Below are positions 11,438 through 19,622 of a stretch of DNA of 64,000 nucleotides, piece by piece. Positions within the stretch are counted from its first letter, which is position 1. Each line of letters begins with the position of its first letter. A program made the translations under genes and the position numbers. The DNA comes from Candidatus Chisholmbacteria bacterium RIFCSPHIGHO2_01_FULL_52_32 (GTDB taxonomy: Bacteria; Patescibacteriota; Microgenomatia; UBA1400; Chisholmbacteraceae), in the NCBI GenBank assembly GCA_001816585.1, contig MHCJ01000003.1, forward strand, positions 220,228-284,227, in the 5' to 3' direction. The notes under the pieces were generated by a model that saw only the letters and a program-made list of their open reading frames with translations, was not told where the DNA came from and made no database searches.

Positions 11438-11538
11438 TGAATGGCAAATAGCTGATGGCGAATAGCACATAGCGTAGAGGATAGAGAGAATATCTAATTT
11501 CTAAACCCTAAACCCTAAACCCTAAGAACCTGACATTT

Positions 11539-11979
11539 ATGACTATAAACCAAAGACTGAAGACCAGCGACCAACATGAATCGTCTGGTTTTACCCTGAT
11601 TGAGCTCCTGGTGGCTGTTGCCATCTTTGCGATTTTGACCGCGCTCGCAGTGGTGAGCTACACTTCGGCGAACCGAAGGGCGCGGGATGGGCGACGACGG
11701 TCGGATTTGGAGCAGGTGAGAACTGCCCTTGAGATCTATCGGGCGGATAACACCAGTTATCCGGTCGGGACAAACTTCACGACCATGGTGAATACCTTGG
11801 TCGCGGGAAATTATCTGTCTACAGCCCCAACCGATCCCCGGGGATACGGCTACTACTACAATTCCGCGACCGGGGTTGATTACTACGTTTGTGGCTACCT
11901 TGAAACGGGTGGTCCTGCCAATTGTGGCGCGAACTGTGCTGCTCCCGGAAACTGTAATTATCGAGTGGATAGCCCATGA
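11539..11979 (+). CDS. Type IV pilin/GspG-like pseudopilin
   Basis: SG|FTLIELLV, RARDGRRRSDL, ALEIYRADN-SYP, PTDP. Confidence 0.88.
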   Translation: MTINQRLKTSDQHESSGFTLIELLVAVAIFAILTALAVVSYTSANRRARDGRRRSDLEQVRTALEIYRADNTSYPVGTNFTTMVNTLVAGNYLSTAPTDPRGYGYYYNSATGVDYYVCGYLETGGPANCGANCAAPGNCNYRVDSP

Positions 11980-12989
11980 AACAAGTTAAAAGTTTAAAGT
12001 TAAAAGTTAAAAGTTCTTCATTCGGCTTTACGCTGATTGAGATTATGGTTGCGGTGATGGTGATCAGCTTCATGTCCGGAGGAGGAGTGGCAGCGTATCG
12101 ACGCTTAAATGATCGGGCCCTGGTCGAAGGCGCAGCCAAACAAGTCGAGCAGGCGCTGCGGGAGACGCAGAAACGGGCTTCTTCAGGAGTGAAGCCAACG
12201 GGGTGCAGCGGAGCGTTGGCCTCGTATTCGATCTCAATGGGCGGGGCGCTCGGTGAGGATCGATATTCGATTCAAGCTGACTGCGCGACGACCGATCCTG
12301 CGGCGGAAACGTTTGATCTCCCAACCGGCACCCGTTTTCCACTGGAAAAAAGAGTCAGTTTCCCGGCTTTGGGAAAGGGGGCAACTCCGGAAACGATATG
12401 GGTGCAGAATGACTCGCAGCAGATTACGTATGAACTCCGTGTCAGTCAGGGTGGGTCCCTGAGCGGTTTGGGGCAGGCAGAGGGAGCCGTGCCAACCCCG
12501 ACGCCGACACCGATCCCGGAGGCGGCAAACTTGGTTCCCAACCCGGGCTTTGAGATAGGCTCGCCTGCCTCCTGGGGTACGAGTTCCTCCGGATGCAGTA
12601 TCACCCCAACCTATCAATGGACCTCCACTACAAAGCATAGCGGGACGTATGCGGTGGGGATTAAATATACCGGAGCTGTGGGCTGCACGGCTCAATATCA
12701 GACCTCATCGACTGCGGCCCCTGTTATTGCGGGGTCATCGTATTACTTCTCCGGTTGGATCAAAGCCTCGGGAGTGGTGAACAAGGCATTTCTTCGGGTC
12801 AGTTTTTACAACTCCTCTGGGTTGCTTATTACGAGCGTGAACTCGGCTTCGCAGGTGGGAACGACGTCCTGGACCCAGGTAACACAAACCATGAGTGCTC
12901 CGTCCGGTGCTGTGTCGGCGCGTATTCATGTCCGCCTGCTTGACGCCGGAACAGCGTACTTCGATGATCTCATGTTCGCCAAGCTCTAA
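11976..12989 (+). CDS. Minor pilin fused through a Pro-Thr linker to a carbohydrate-binding (CBM4/9-like) domain
   Basis: FG|FTLIEIMV signal; PTPTPTP linker; NLVPNPGFE ... HSGTYA ... YYFSGWIK ... WTQV ... AYFDDL beta-sandwich pattern. Confidence 0.75.
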   Translation: MKQVKSLKLKVKSSSFGFTLIEIMVAVMVISFMSGGGVAAYRRLNDRALVEGAAKQVEQALRETQKRASSGVKPTGCSGALASYSISMGGALGEDRYSIQADCATTDPAAETFDLPTGTRFPLEKRVSFPALGKGATPETIWVQNDSQQITYELRVSQGGSLSGLGQAEGAVPTPTPTPIPEAANLVPNPGFEIGSPASWGTSSSGCSITPTYQWTSTTKHSGTYAVGIKYTGAVGCTAQYQTSSTAAPVIAGSSYYFSGWIKASGVVNKAFLRVSFYNSSGLLITSVNSASQVGTTSWTQVTQTMSAPSGAVSARIHVRLLDAGTAYFDDLMFAKL

Positions 12990-12996
12990 GGCACAT

Positions 12997-13461
12997 ATGC
13001 TTCGGAAAAATGGTCAAACCATGGTTGAGATGTTGGTTGCGGTGGCCATCGTTGTGTTGGTGTTGGTTGCGGTGGTATCAAGGGTGGTGGCAGCGGTCGC
13101 GAGTGCGAATTTTGCCAGGAATCAAGCCCTTTCCACCCGATTTTCCCAGGAAGGCCTTGAATGGGCGCGTTCCCAACGGGACTCGCTCGGTTGGGCCGGT
13201 TTTTCACCCTATGTCTCAAGCAGTCCTACTTACTGCGTTCCTGATCTTACGCAGGGAATCGGTTCGCTGACTTCCGGGAGTTGTTTGACAACCGCGACAA
13301 TTCCCGGGACGATCTTTTTACGCGAGGTGAGATTTATCTACGTTGCTCCCGGAGGTCAAGAGCCCTATACCGATATTATTTCAACCGTTTCTTGGAGAGA
13401 TCGGGTCGGGTGGCATCGTTCTACTCTCGCGACCCGATTAACACGGTGGAGCACACAATAA
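12997..13461 (+). CDS. Minor pilin (PilV-like)
   Basis: MLRKNG|QTMVEMLV signal, AxxFSQEGLEWAR, TVSW. Confidence 0.8.
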   Translation: MLRKNGQTMVEMLVAVAIVVLVLVAVVSRVVAAVASANFARNQALSTRFSQEGLEWARSQRDSLGWAGFSPYVSSSPTYCVPDLTQGIGSLTSGSCLTTATIPGTIFLREVRFIYVAPGGQEPYTDIISTVSWRDRVGWHRSTLATRLTRWSTQ

Positions 13462-13466
13462 AAATA

Positions 13467-13997
13467 ATGGGGAAAATTTCTGAACGCGGCTATACGATGA
13501 TGGAACTGATTATGGTCGTGGGGATTGTTGCCCTGCTGTCCTTGACTGCCACTGCCCTTCTCTTGGCGAGTCTTTCCGGAACCGGAAAGGCATCTGCCTT
13601 GGCGGTGGTCAAGCAAAATGGGGACTTTGCAATTGGGGTTATCGAACGTCTAGTTCGGGATGGCATGGGGGTTTCTTGTACTACCGTCGCAGGATTTGAC
13701 GAACTTACGGTGACCGATGCCAACGGAACGACGACTTTTAAAGTCGAGAATGACACGTCTCTCGTGCCTGCAGTTCCCCGAATTGCATCCAATTCGGCCA
13801 GTTTTCCGCAAAACTATTTAACCAGTGAGAAAATCCAGGCCTCAAACTTTCAATGCACGCATGCCGCCGGTTCGGATGGCGTCCCTGACGTCGTTTTCGC
13901 CTCTTTTCACCTCACTGTCGGTAATCCCGGCGTGGATCGACCTTCGGATGTCGCACAGGATACGTTTGAGACCCGGGTATCCCTGCGAACCTACTAG
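13467..13997 (+). CDS. Minor pilin (PilW-like)
   Basis: RG|YTMMELIMV signal, C-terminal FETRVSLR. Confidence 0.8.
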   Translation: MGKISERGYTMMELIMVVGIVALLSLTATALLLASLSGTGKASALAVVKQNGDFAIGVIERLVRDGMGVSCTTVAGFDELTVTDANGTTTFKVENDTSLVPAVPRIASNSASFPQNYLTSEKIQASNFQCTHAAGSDGVPDVVFASFHLTVGNPGVDRPSDVAQDTFETRVSLRTY

Positions 13998-14007
13998 GGG
14001 CGGAGAA

Positions 14008-14110
14008 TACAGGGTATAGCGTATAGGGTTTAGGGTTTAGGGTATAGGGTATAGGACAGAAGGCAGAGGACAGAAGACAGAGAAAAGAAAACAGAGAACA
14101 GAGAAACAGA
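14008..14110. repeat. 7-mer repeat tract
   Basis: TAGGGTA/TAGGGTT units followed by CAGAAGG/CAGAGAA-type units. Confidence 0.75.
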
Positions 14111-14154
14111 CATTCTTTCACAAGCGTTTGCCCTTCACGTTCACTTCTCGTCGG

Positions 14155-14184
14155 TTGACACGATCAGCGGCATGCGGCTACAAT
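14155..14184 (+). promoter_or_regulatory. Sigma70-type promoter, probably giving a leaderless mRNA
   Basis: TTGACA-18 nt-TACAAT, ATG 6 nt downstream. Confidence 0.6.
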
Positions 14185-14190
14185 GGATCT

Positions 14191-14964
14191 ATGAAGCGGA
14201 GCTTTTCCTGGCAGTATGGAAGAGGTCAAAGCGGTCAGGTTGGTATTGTTATCCTTCTTTTGACTGTAGTTCTGTTGACGATCGGACTTTCGATTGCCTC
14301 CCGTACCATTACCGATGTTCGTCTTTCGCGTCAGGAAGAGGAAAGCTCGCGGGCATTTAACGCGGCAGAGGCCGGGATTGAGGAAGCGCTTCGGCTAAAC
14401 CTGTCCGCATTGATCGCAGCCGGCGGGGCGGGGTCTGTGACGGTTGGCGGAATTACGGCAAATTATCGAGTGGCTGAAGAAAACACGCTTGAGACCCAGA
14501 TTGATGAAGGTGAGACTATCGAGGTGAATGTCGCAGGACTCGGAAGCGGCAACCAGGTTTCCATCGATTGGGCGCGGGATACTTGTCCGTCCGCCGCATC
14601 CGTTGTGGTTGCGGTGTACAACGGGACTTCGACAACCATCCGAAGGACTCCTTATCAGGGTTGCCCCCGAGGTGATAACTTTGCTTCATCGAGTCCTGGC
14701 GTGGATGGGTACCAATTCCGCACAATTGTTTCCCTTGCGAATGGCGACCAGTTCATTCGGGTCCGTGCCGTGTATGCCGGGACCCAGTTGCGTGTGTTGG
14801 GTGCCGGAGGTACGGCTTTGCCCGTCCAGTTTTGGCGAATCCGCTCGGAAGCACAGACCCTTGGAGGAGAGACACGCTCGGTTGAGGTTACTCAAACTCC
14901 CCCTGCTCCTCCGTCCATTTTCGACTTTGTCATTTTTTCAGGGAGCTCTCTAACGAAACCATAG
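14191..14964 (+). CDS. PilX-like minor pilin
   Basis: SG|QVGIVILLL signal lacking Glu5, RAFNAAEAGIEEAL motif typical of PilX N-terminus. Confidence 0.8.
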   Translation: MKRSFSWQYGRGQSGQVGIVILLLTVVLLTIGLSIASRTITDVRLSRQEEESSRAFNAAEAGIEEALRLNLSALIAAGGAGSVTVGGITANYRVAEENTLETQIDEGETIEVNVAGLGSGNQVSIDWARDTCPSAASVVVAVYNGTSTTIRRTPYQGCPRGDNFASSSPGVDGYQFRTIVSLANGDQFIRVRAVYAGTQLRVLGAGGTALPVQFWRIRSEAQTLGGETRSVEVTQTPPAPPSIFDFVIFSGSSLTKP

Positions 14965-14974
14965 ATACTTGCCC

Positions 14975-16000
14975 ATGGCGCGCCTCATTGGTCTTGACCT
15001 TGGAAGTTTTTCCATCAAAGTTGTCTGTCTGTCGAAACACGGAAAGGGGTATCGACTTGAGGCAATTGGTATCGCTCTCAACCCCTATGGTGCGAGGCCC
15101 GGCGGTGATGACGCAAGTCAGGTAAAGGTCGCCGAGGCGGTAAAAAAACTTCTTTCAGATACCCGACTGTCCTCTGCCAAGGCAATGCTGGCGCTCCCGG
15201 AATCCTCGGTGTATACCAGAGTGGTTGAGATGCCTTCCCTCTCCGATTCCGAACTCGCTTCCGCGATCCACTGGGAGGCTGAGCAATACGTTCCTGTCCC
15301 TTTGGATCAAGTCAATATTGATTACGAAGTGATATCCCGACCCGATAAGAGTAGCGAGAAAGAAAAGATGGAGATATTTTTGGTGGCGGCGCCGAAAACG
15401 GTCGTCTCAAGAACCGTCGAATTTGCCTCAAAGTGCGGTATTGAAGTGGTGGGATTGGAAACCGAGATGGTGTCGCTGGCGCGGGTGATGGTTCCTGAAG
15501 ATCAAGGACTCGGGCCAACAATGCTGATTTCTCTCGGGGCGTCAAGTACGAACCTGGCTGTGGTACGGGACGGAATGCTCGTTCTGACGCACTCCATTGA
15601 ATCCGGCGGAACGGCTCTGACGCGTGCGATCGCAACCGAGTTTGGACTGGATTTTCCCCAGGCTGAGGAGTACAAGCGAAGTTATGGTCTTGAGCCAACC
15701 CAGCTTGAGGGCAAGGTGCGGAACGCGTTGCTGCCTTTGGTTGATCGACTCCTTTCTGACGTGCGAAAGGCCATCCAATACTACAATTCCTCCAACCAGG
15801 AAGCCCCGATTAAACGAGCGGTTCTGGCGGGGGGAACGGCGCTTCTTCCAGGACTCGTGTCTTATGCTGCGGTGAACTTTGGTATGGAGGTTGTAATGGG
15901 AAATGCGTTTTCATTCGTTGAACCGTCTGCCAACGCCGCAATTCCTCAAGATACGGTTTCTTTTGGTACTGCAGTGGGGCTCGCGATGCGCGTCTTATGA
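14975..16000 (+). CDS. pilM: Type IV pilus assembly protein PilM
   Basis: IGLDLGSFSIK actin-like motif, EAEQYVP, VAAPK, LAGGTA, TAVGLAMR. Confidence 0.92.
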   Translation: MARLIGLDLGSFSIKVVCLSKHGKGYRLEAIGIALNPYGARPGGDDASQVKVAEAVKKLLSDTRLSSAKAMLALPESSVYTRVVEMPSLSDSELASAIHWEAEQYVPVPLDQVNIDYEVISRPDKSSEKEKMEIFLVAAPKTVVSRTVEFASKCGIEVVGLETEMVSLARVMVPEDQGLGPTMLISLGASSTNLAVVRDGMLVLTHSIESGGTALTRAIATEFGLDFPQAEEYKRSYGLEPTQLEGKVRNALLPLVDRLLSDVRKAIQYYNSSNQEAPIKRAVLAGGTALLPGLVSYAAVNFGMEVVMGNAFSFVEPSANAAIPQDTVSFGTAVGLAMRVL

Positions 16001-16545
16001 ATATATCAATTAACCTTCTTAAGGAGTCTCAACATCTTCAAGCCCGTTTGCGCCGCATGGGGCTTATGCTTCAGACAGGGAGCCTGGTCGTCTTAGTCGC
16101 TTTTGCCGCGGTGGTTTTTTTTACCATAAGCTATCTCGTTTGGTCTCAGACACAGGCTAACCGGCTAAATTCGGATATCGACCAAGCCAAGGTGAGCATT
16201 GAGGAAATGCGACCCCGGGAATCCAAGCTGTTGTATGTGAAGCAGAAGCTTTCCTTTGCCACGCGCGTTCTTGGCGAACCGGGTCTGCGGCACGATTTAG
16301 CAACCGAGCTTTACCGGATTGCTGAAGGAGAAGTCGAGGTTTCGCATATGACGATCAGCGGGGGAGATGAGGCGTTCAGGGTTGAAGCTCAAGCCTCCGA
16401 CGTTTTTTCTCTGGTCCGTTTGCTTGATTTAGTTATGACTTTTGCCGGTGAGAACGAGATAAACCGGATATCCGGAGAGAGCTTTACCCGCACGGAAGAG
16501 GGAGGCTACCAATTTTCCGTTTTGCTGGCTCTGGGAGGCGAGTGA
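15997..16545 (+). CDS. PilN-like assembly protein
   Basis: INLL motif, single TM, coiled coil, directly after pilM. Confidence 0.7.
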   Translation: MNISINLLKESQHLQARLRRMGLMLQTGSLVVLVAFAAVVFFTISYLVWSQTQANRLNSDIDQAKVSIEEMRPRESKLLYVKQKLSFATRVLGEPGLRHDLATELYRIAEGEVEVSHMTISGGDEAFRVEAQASDVFSLVRLLDLVMTFAGENEINRISGESFTRTEEGGYQFSVLLALGGE

Positions 16546-17375
16546 TGAAAATCGAATTTCCTTCACAAATTTCATTTCGACACTTACTTCAGATTAAGAA
16601 GTATGTCTACTTTCCGCTCATCACGCTGGTGGTGGTGTCGGCTCTGTTGGTTTTTGTGATCATCCCGACGTTTCGAAATTTGACCTTGCTCAGATCGGAA
16701 ATTTCACGGAGAAAGGAGATACAAAGAGGGCTCGAGATGAAGATTGAAATCCTTCGGGGTCTTGATGAAGCTCGTCTGCTTGAACAGGTGGAGACGCTCG
16801 AGAAGGCGATTCCCAGCCGAAAAGATGTATTCTTACTCCTCACTTCTCTCAATGGGTTGGCCTCTCAGACGGGGGTGGCTTTGGGGAGCTTTTCACTTAG
16901 CCCCGGAAGTCTGGCTACCGGGGCAGCAACGGGCTCCGCCACCAGCCAACCGGATAGACCTGCGGAAACCGGTTCGGGCAGGGCCGCCGCTTCCTCACAG
17001 CTTGCCTCAATAGAGGTCGGCATTGAAGTACTAGGCCCTTTTGAGGGAGTCCAGATGTTTCTTTCCGGTTTGGAACATGTTGTTCCTCTCATGAGGCTGA
17101 CCTCTGTGGATCTCGCACCCGCGACTTTAGAAACCCCCGTTTTCGCTTCTACATCCTCGGCTTTCCCTTTGGTTTCGGATATCACCGCAAACGCAATCCT
17201 TGGAATGTTTTACGCTCCTCTCCCGACCGAGCTCGGGGCCGTTACCGATCCCATTGAGACTCCTTCCGAAACTGAACAGGGGGTATACGAACAGCTACTT
17301 TCCTTTACTTCATTTCCGGCTTCTTCATCCGCCAACATTCCGACCGGCCGGGAGGATGTCTTTGCGCCGTTCTAA
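16542..17375 (+). CDS. PilO-like assembly protein
   Basis: N-terminal TM, coiled coil, KAIP, GxFxxVxxFLxxLE pattern, position after pilN. Confidence 0.7.
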   Translation: MMKIEFPSQISFRHLLQIKKYVYFPLITLVVVSALLVFVIIPTFRNLTLLRSEISRRKEIQRGLEMKIEILRGLDEARLLEQVETLEKAIPSRKDVFLLLTSLNGLASQTGVALGSFSLSPGSLATGAATGSATSQPDRPAETGSGRAAASSQLASIEVGIEVLGPFEGVQMFLSGLEHVVPLMRLTSVDLAPATLETPVFASTSSAFPLVSDITANAILGMFYAPLPTELGAVTDPIETPSETEQGVYEQLLSFTSFPASSSANIPTGREDVFAPF

Positions 17376-17473
17376 AAATAAAGAATAAAGAGTAAAGATT
17401 AAAGAGTAAGGAGTAAAGAATAAAGAAAAAAGACTTCGTACTTATTACCTAGTCCTTAATACTTAACTCTAAA
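17375..17473. repeat. 7-mer repeat tract between convergent genes
   Basis: TAAAGAA/TAAAGAG/TAAAGAT units followed by CTTAATA/CTTAACT-type units. Confidence 0.75.
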
Positions 17474-17475
17474 GA

Positions 17476-17772
17476 CTAGGGGGTTTCTTCGGCTTGAGGA
17501 GGTTCAACCTGAGAGGGGGCTTGGTGTGAGGCGGCCGGCGGTTCTACGAGATCGACACGGACACGTTTCCCCTGCTTCATGGCAGCCAGACGCATGAGGG
17601 TACGGAGGGCGGTGATGATTTTTCCTTCCTTTCCAATGACCCTTCCGATGTCTTCCTGGTGGACCTTGAGTCTTAAGGTTGATGACCCTTGTTCATCCAC
17701 TATTTCTTCAACAGAGACTTCCTCAGGATGGTCCACAATTTTGCTCACGATGTCCAGGAGGAGTTGGTTCAC
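17476..17772 (-). CDS. khpA: KH-domain RNA-binding protein (KhpA/YlqC family)
   Basis: IVDHPEEV, DIGRVIGKEGKIITALR; GTG start overlaps rpsP stop. Confidence 0.85.
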   Translation of the reverse strand: MNQLLLDIVSKIVDHPEEVSVEEIVDEQGSSTLRLKVHQEDIGRVIGKEGKIITALRTLMRLAAMKQGKRVRVDLVEPPAASHQAPSQVEPPQAEETP

Positions 17773-17999
17773 GCTTTTTTCTCCAAAAGGCGCACCGTTT
17801 GGGTGGGCTGTGCACCTTTCTTTAACCAAGCATTGTAACGCTCTTTATTAATCCTCACGGTCGCCGGTTCCGTAAGGGGGTCGTAGATGCCGAGATTTTC
17901 GAAGTATTTCCCATTCGACTTACTTCGGTCAACCGCCACGACTATCCTGTATTTTCGCTGGTTTCGTTTTCCTGTCGGAAAAAGCTTTATCTTAAGCAT
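17769..17999 (-). CDS. rpsP: 30S ribosomal protein S16
   Basis: MLKIKL, YRIVVA, ENLGIYDP, WLKKGAQPT. Confidence 0.95.
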   Translation of the reverse strand: MLKIKLFPTGKRNQRKYRIVVAVDRSKSNGKYFENLGIYDPLTEPATVRINKERYNAWLKKGAQPTQTVRLLEKKA

Positions 18000-18012
18000 G
18001 TCGTTTATTGTA

Positions 18013-18699
18013 TCAGGAAGGGTTCAATTTCTCAAGGGCTGACCGGGCTCCTTCTTGCTGGGCTTGTTGCTTGCTCTTCCCTACCCCTTTGGCGACCCGT
18101 TCTCCGTTCACGAGCACCGCCACGGTGAATATCTTACTATGATCCGGTCCTTCTTCTTTTTCCACCCTGTAGATTGGAGCCGGGAGGCCTTTAGCCTGGA
18201 CCTTTTCCTGGAGGAGACTTTTGGCATCCCTGTCTAAATGATTGGTAATGATTTCTTCAAGGATGGGAAAGAGGTGTTTTTTCACGAACGCTTTAACCGT
18301 TGTTTTCCCGCTATCCTTGTAGATTGCGCCCACCATGGCCTCGAACACGTTTGCCAGAAGCTGTGGGTTTTCCCTCCCGCCTGTCGCATCTTCCCCTTTG
18401 GAAAGACGGAGATGGCTTCCTAACTTCAGCACCTGGGCAATCCGGGCAAGGGTTTCCGTCTTTACCAGAGATGATCGGAGAGCCGTAAGCGTTCCTTCCG
18501 GTTCTTCGGGGAATTTTTCATAGAGCTCTTCGGTTACTACCAATTCAAGCACAGCATCTCCCAAGAATTCGAGGCGTTCATTGGACTGAGTTCTTTCTTT
18601 CGGATGTTCGTTTAACCAGGAACGATGGGTTAGCGCTTGGAGAACGAGTCCTTCATCCTTTATCGGTATTCCCCTGATTTTCTTTGGGTGTTTCTTCAT
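18013..18699 (-). CDS. rnc: Ribonuclease III
   Basis: ALTHRS, NERLEFLGDAVL, FEAMVGAIY, dsRBD with GPDH. Confidence 0.96.
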   Translation of the reverse strand: MKKHPKKIRGIPIKDEGLVLQALTHRSWLNEHPKERTQSNERLEFLGDAVLELVVTEELYEKFPEEPEGTLTALRSSLVKTETLARIAQVLKLGSHLRLSKGEDATGGRENPQLLANVFEAMVGAIYKDSGKTTVKAFVKKHLFPILEEIITNHLDRDAKSLLQEKVQAKGLPAPIYRVEKEEGPDHSKIFTVAVLVNGERVAKGVGKSKQQAQQEGARSALEKLNPS

Positions 18700-18706
18700 T
18701 GCGGCC

Positions 18707-18934
18707 TCAGGTTTCTTGGAAAAACGCGACGATATCGTTTACGGTCCGAAGCTTTCTCGCATCTTGAGGAGTCACGTGTTGCGAGAATTCCTTTTCAAGC
18801 TTTGTAAAGAGATCGGCAACCTCAAGATCTTCGGCGTTGAGGTCTTTTCGGAGATCTGCATTCGGGGTCAGTTCTTGAGCGGCGATACCCAGTTGATCTG
18901 AGATGATTTTTTTGATTTTTTCTTCGTCGTTCAT
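18707..18934 (-). CDS. Acyl carrier protein-like protein lacking the phosphopantetheine serine
   Basis: [22 protein letters not shown] (canonical DLGADSLD), LEKEF, TVNDIV; located next to rnc. Confidence 0.75.
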   Translation of the reverse strand: MNDEEKIKKIISDQLGIAAQELTPNADLRKDLNAEDLEVADLFTKLEKEFSQHVTPQDARKLRTVNDIVAFFQET

Positions 18935-19353
18935 GACCGGATTTGCCTGTTTGTTTCCCCCTCGTTTCCTTGCGGTTTGGCCCCTCTCCCCTCTTTTTCC
19001 GGGAAGAGTTTTTTCAATGCGCTTCCGAGTACCCCGTTAACGAAAGATGCGCTCGATTGACTGCCGTAGGTTTTGGCAAGCTCAATGGCTTCATCAATGA
19101 CCACTTTCCGCGGTTCTTTTTTTATGAGCAATTCTGTGAGCGCCAGTCTTAATATTGCCAAATCGACTTTATTGATTTTTTCCAATGGCCACTCCGTTGC
19201 GCATGAGCGAATCAGGGCGTCCGATTGGGCTAATCCTTCGATTGCTTTTCTGGCCAATCCCCCCAACTTTCTGTGGGGATGGAAGCTAAAGGCAAATAAC
19301 TCGCGTACCGCTTCTTCCCGCCTTCGATGGCGAGGGTCATCTGCACGTTTCAA
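18931..19353 (-). CDS. nusB: Transcription antitermination factor NusB
   Basis: [35 protein letters not shown]. Confidence 0.93.
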   Translation of the reverse strand: MKRADDPRHRRREEAVRELFAFSFHPHRKLGGLARKAIEGLAQSDALIRSCATEWPLEKINKVDLAILRLALTELLIKKEPRKVVIDEAIELAKTYGSQSSASFVNGVLGSALKKLFPEKEGRGAKPQGNEGETNRQIRS

Positions 19354-19372
19354 GTATCCCCTTTTTTACTGG

Positions 19373-19528
19373 CTACCATTTGCCGCAAGCAGGACAGATT
19401 CTGTGTGGAAGTTTCTTTGCACCACAATGGGGGCATGTTACGAGGTTACGCGCGGAAAGCCTCCTCTGCCCGCTTCTTCGCTTCCCTTGCCTTCTGGTTG
19501 AAATTTTGCGTTTTGGGAGTGCACCCAT
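19373..19528 (-). CDS. rpmF: 50S ribosomal protein L32
   Basis: Manual translation MGALPKRKISTRRQGKRR...CPHCGAKKLPHRICPACGKW (51 aa, below ORF-track cutoff). Confidence 0.93.
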   Translation of the reverse strand: MGALPKRKISTRRQGKRRSGQRRLSARNLVTCPHCGAKKLPHRICPACGKW

Positions 19529-19622
19529 AAGATTAAAGGATAAAGATTAAATATTAAAGAATAAAGACGAACAGCTCACAACTTAACACTAATGACTATT
19601 AGCTAATGGCTAATAGCTAATT

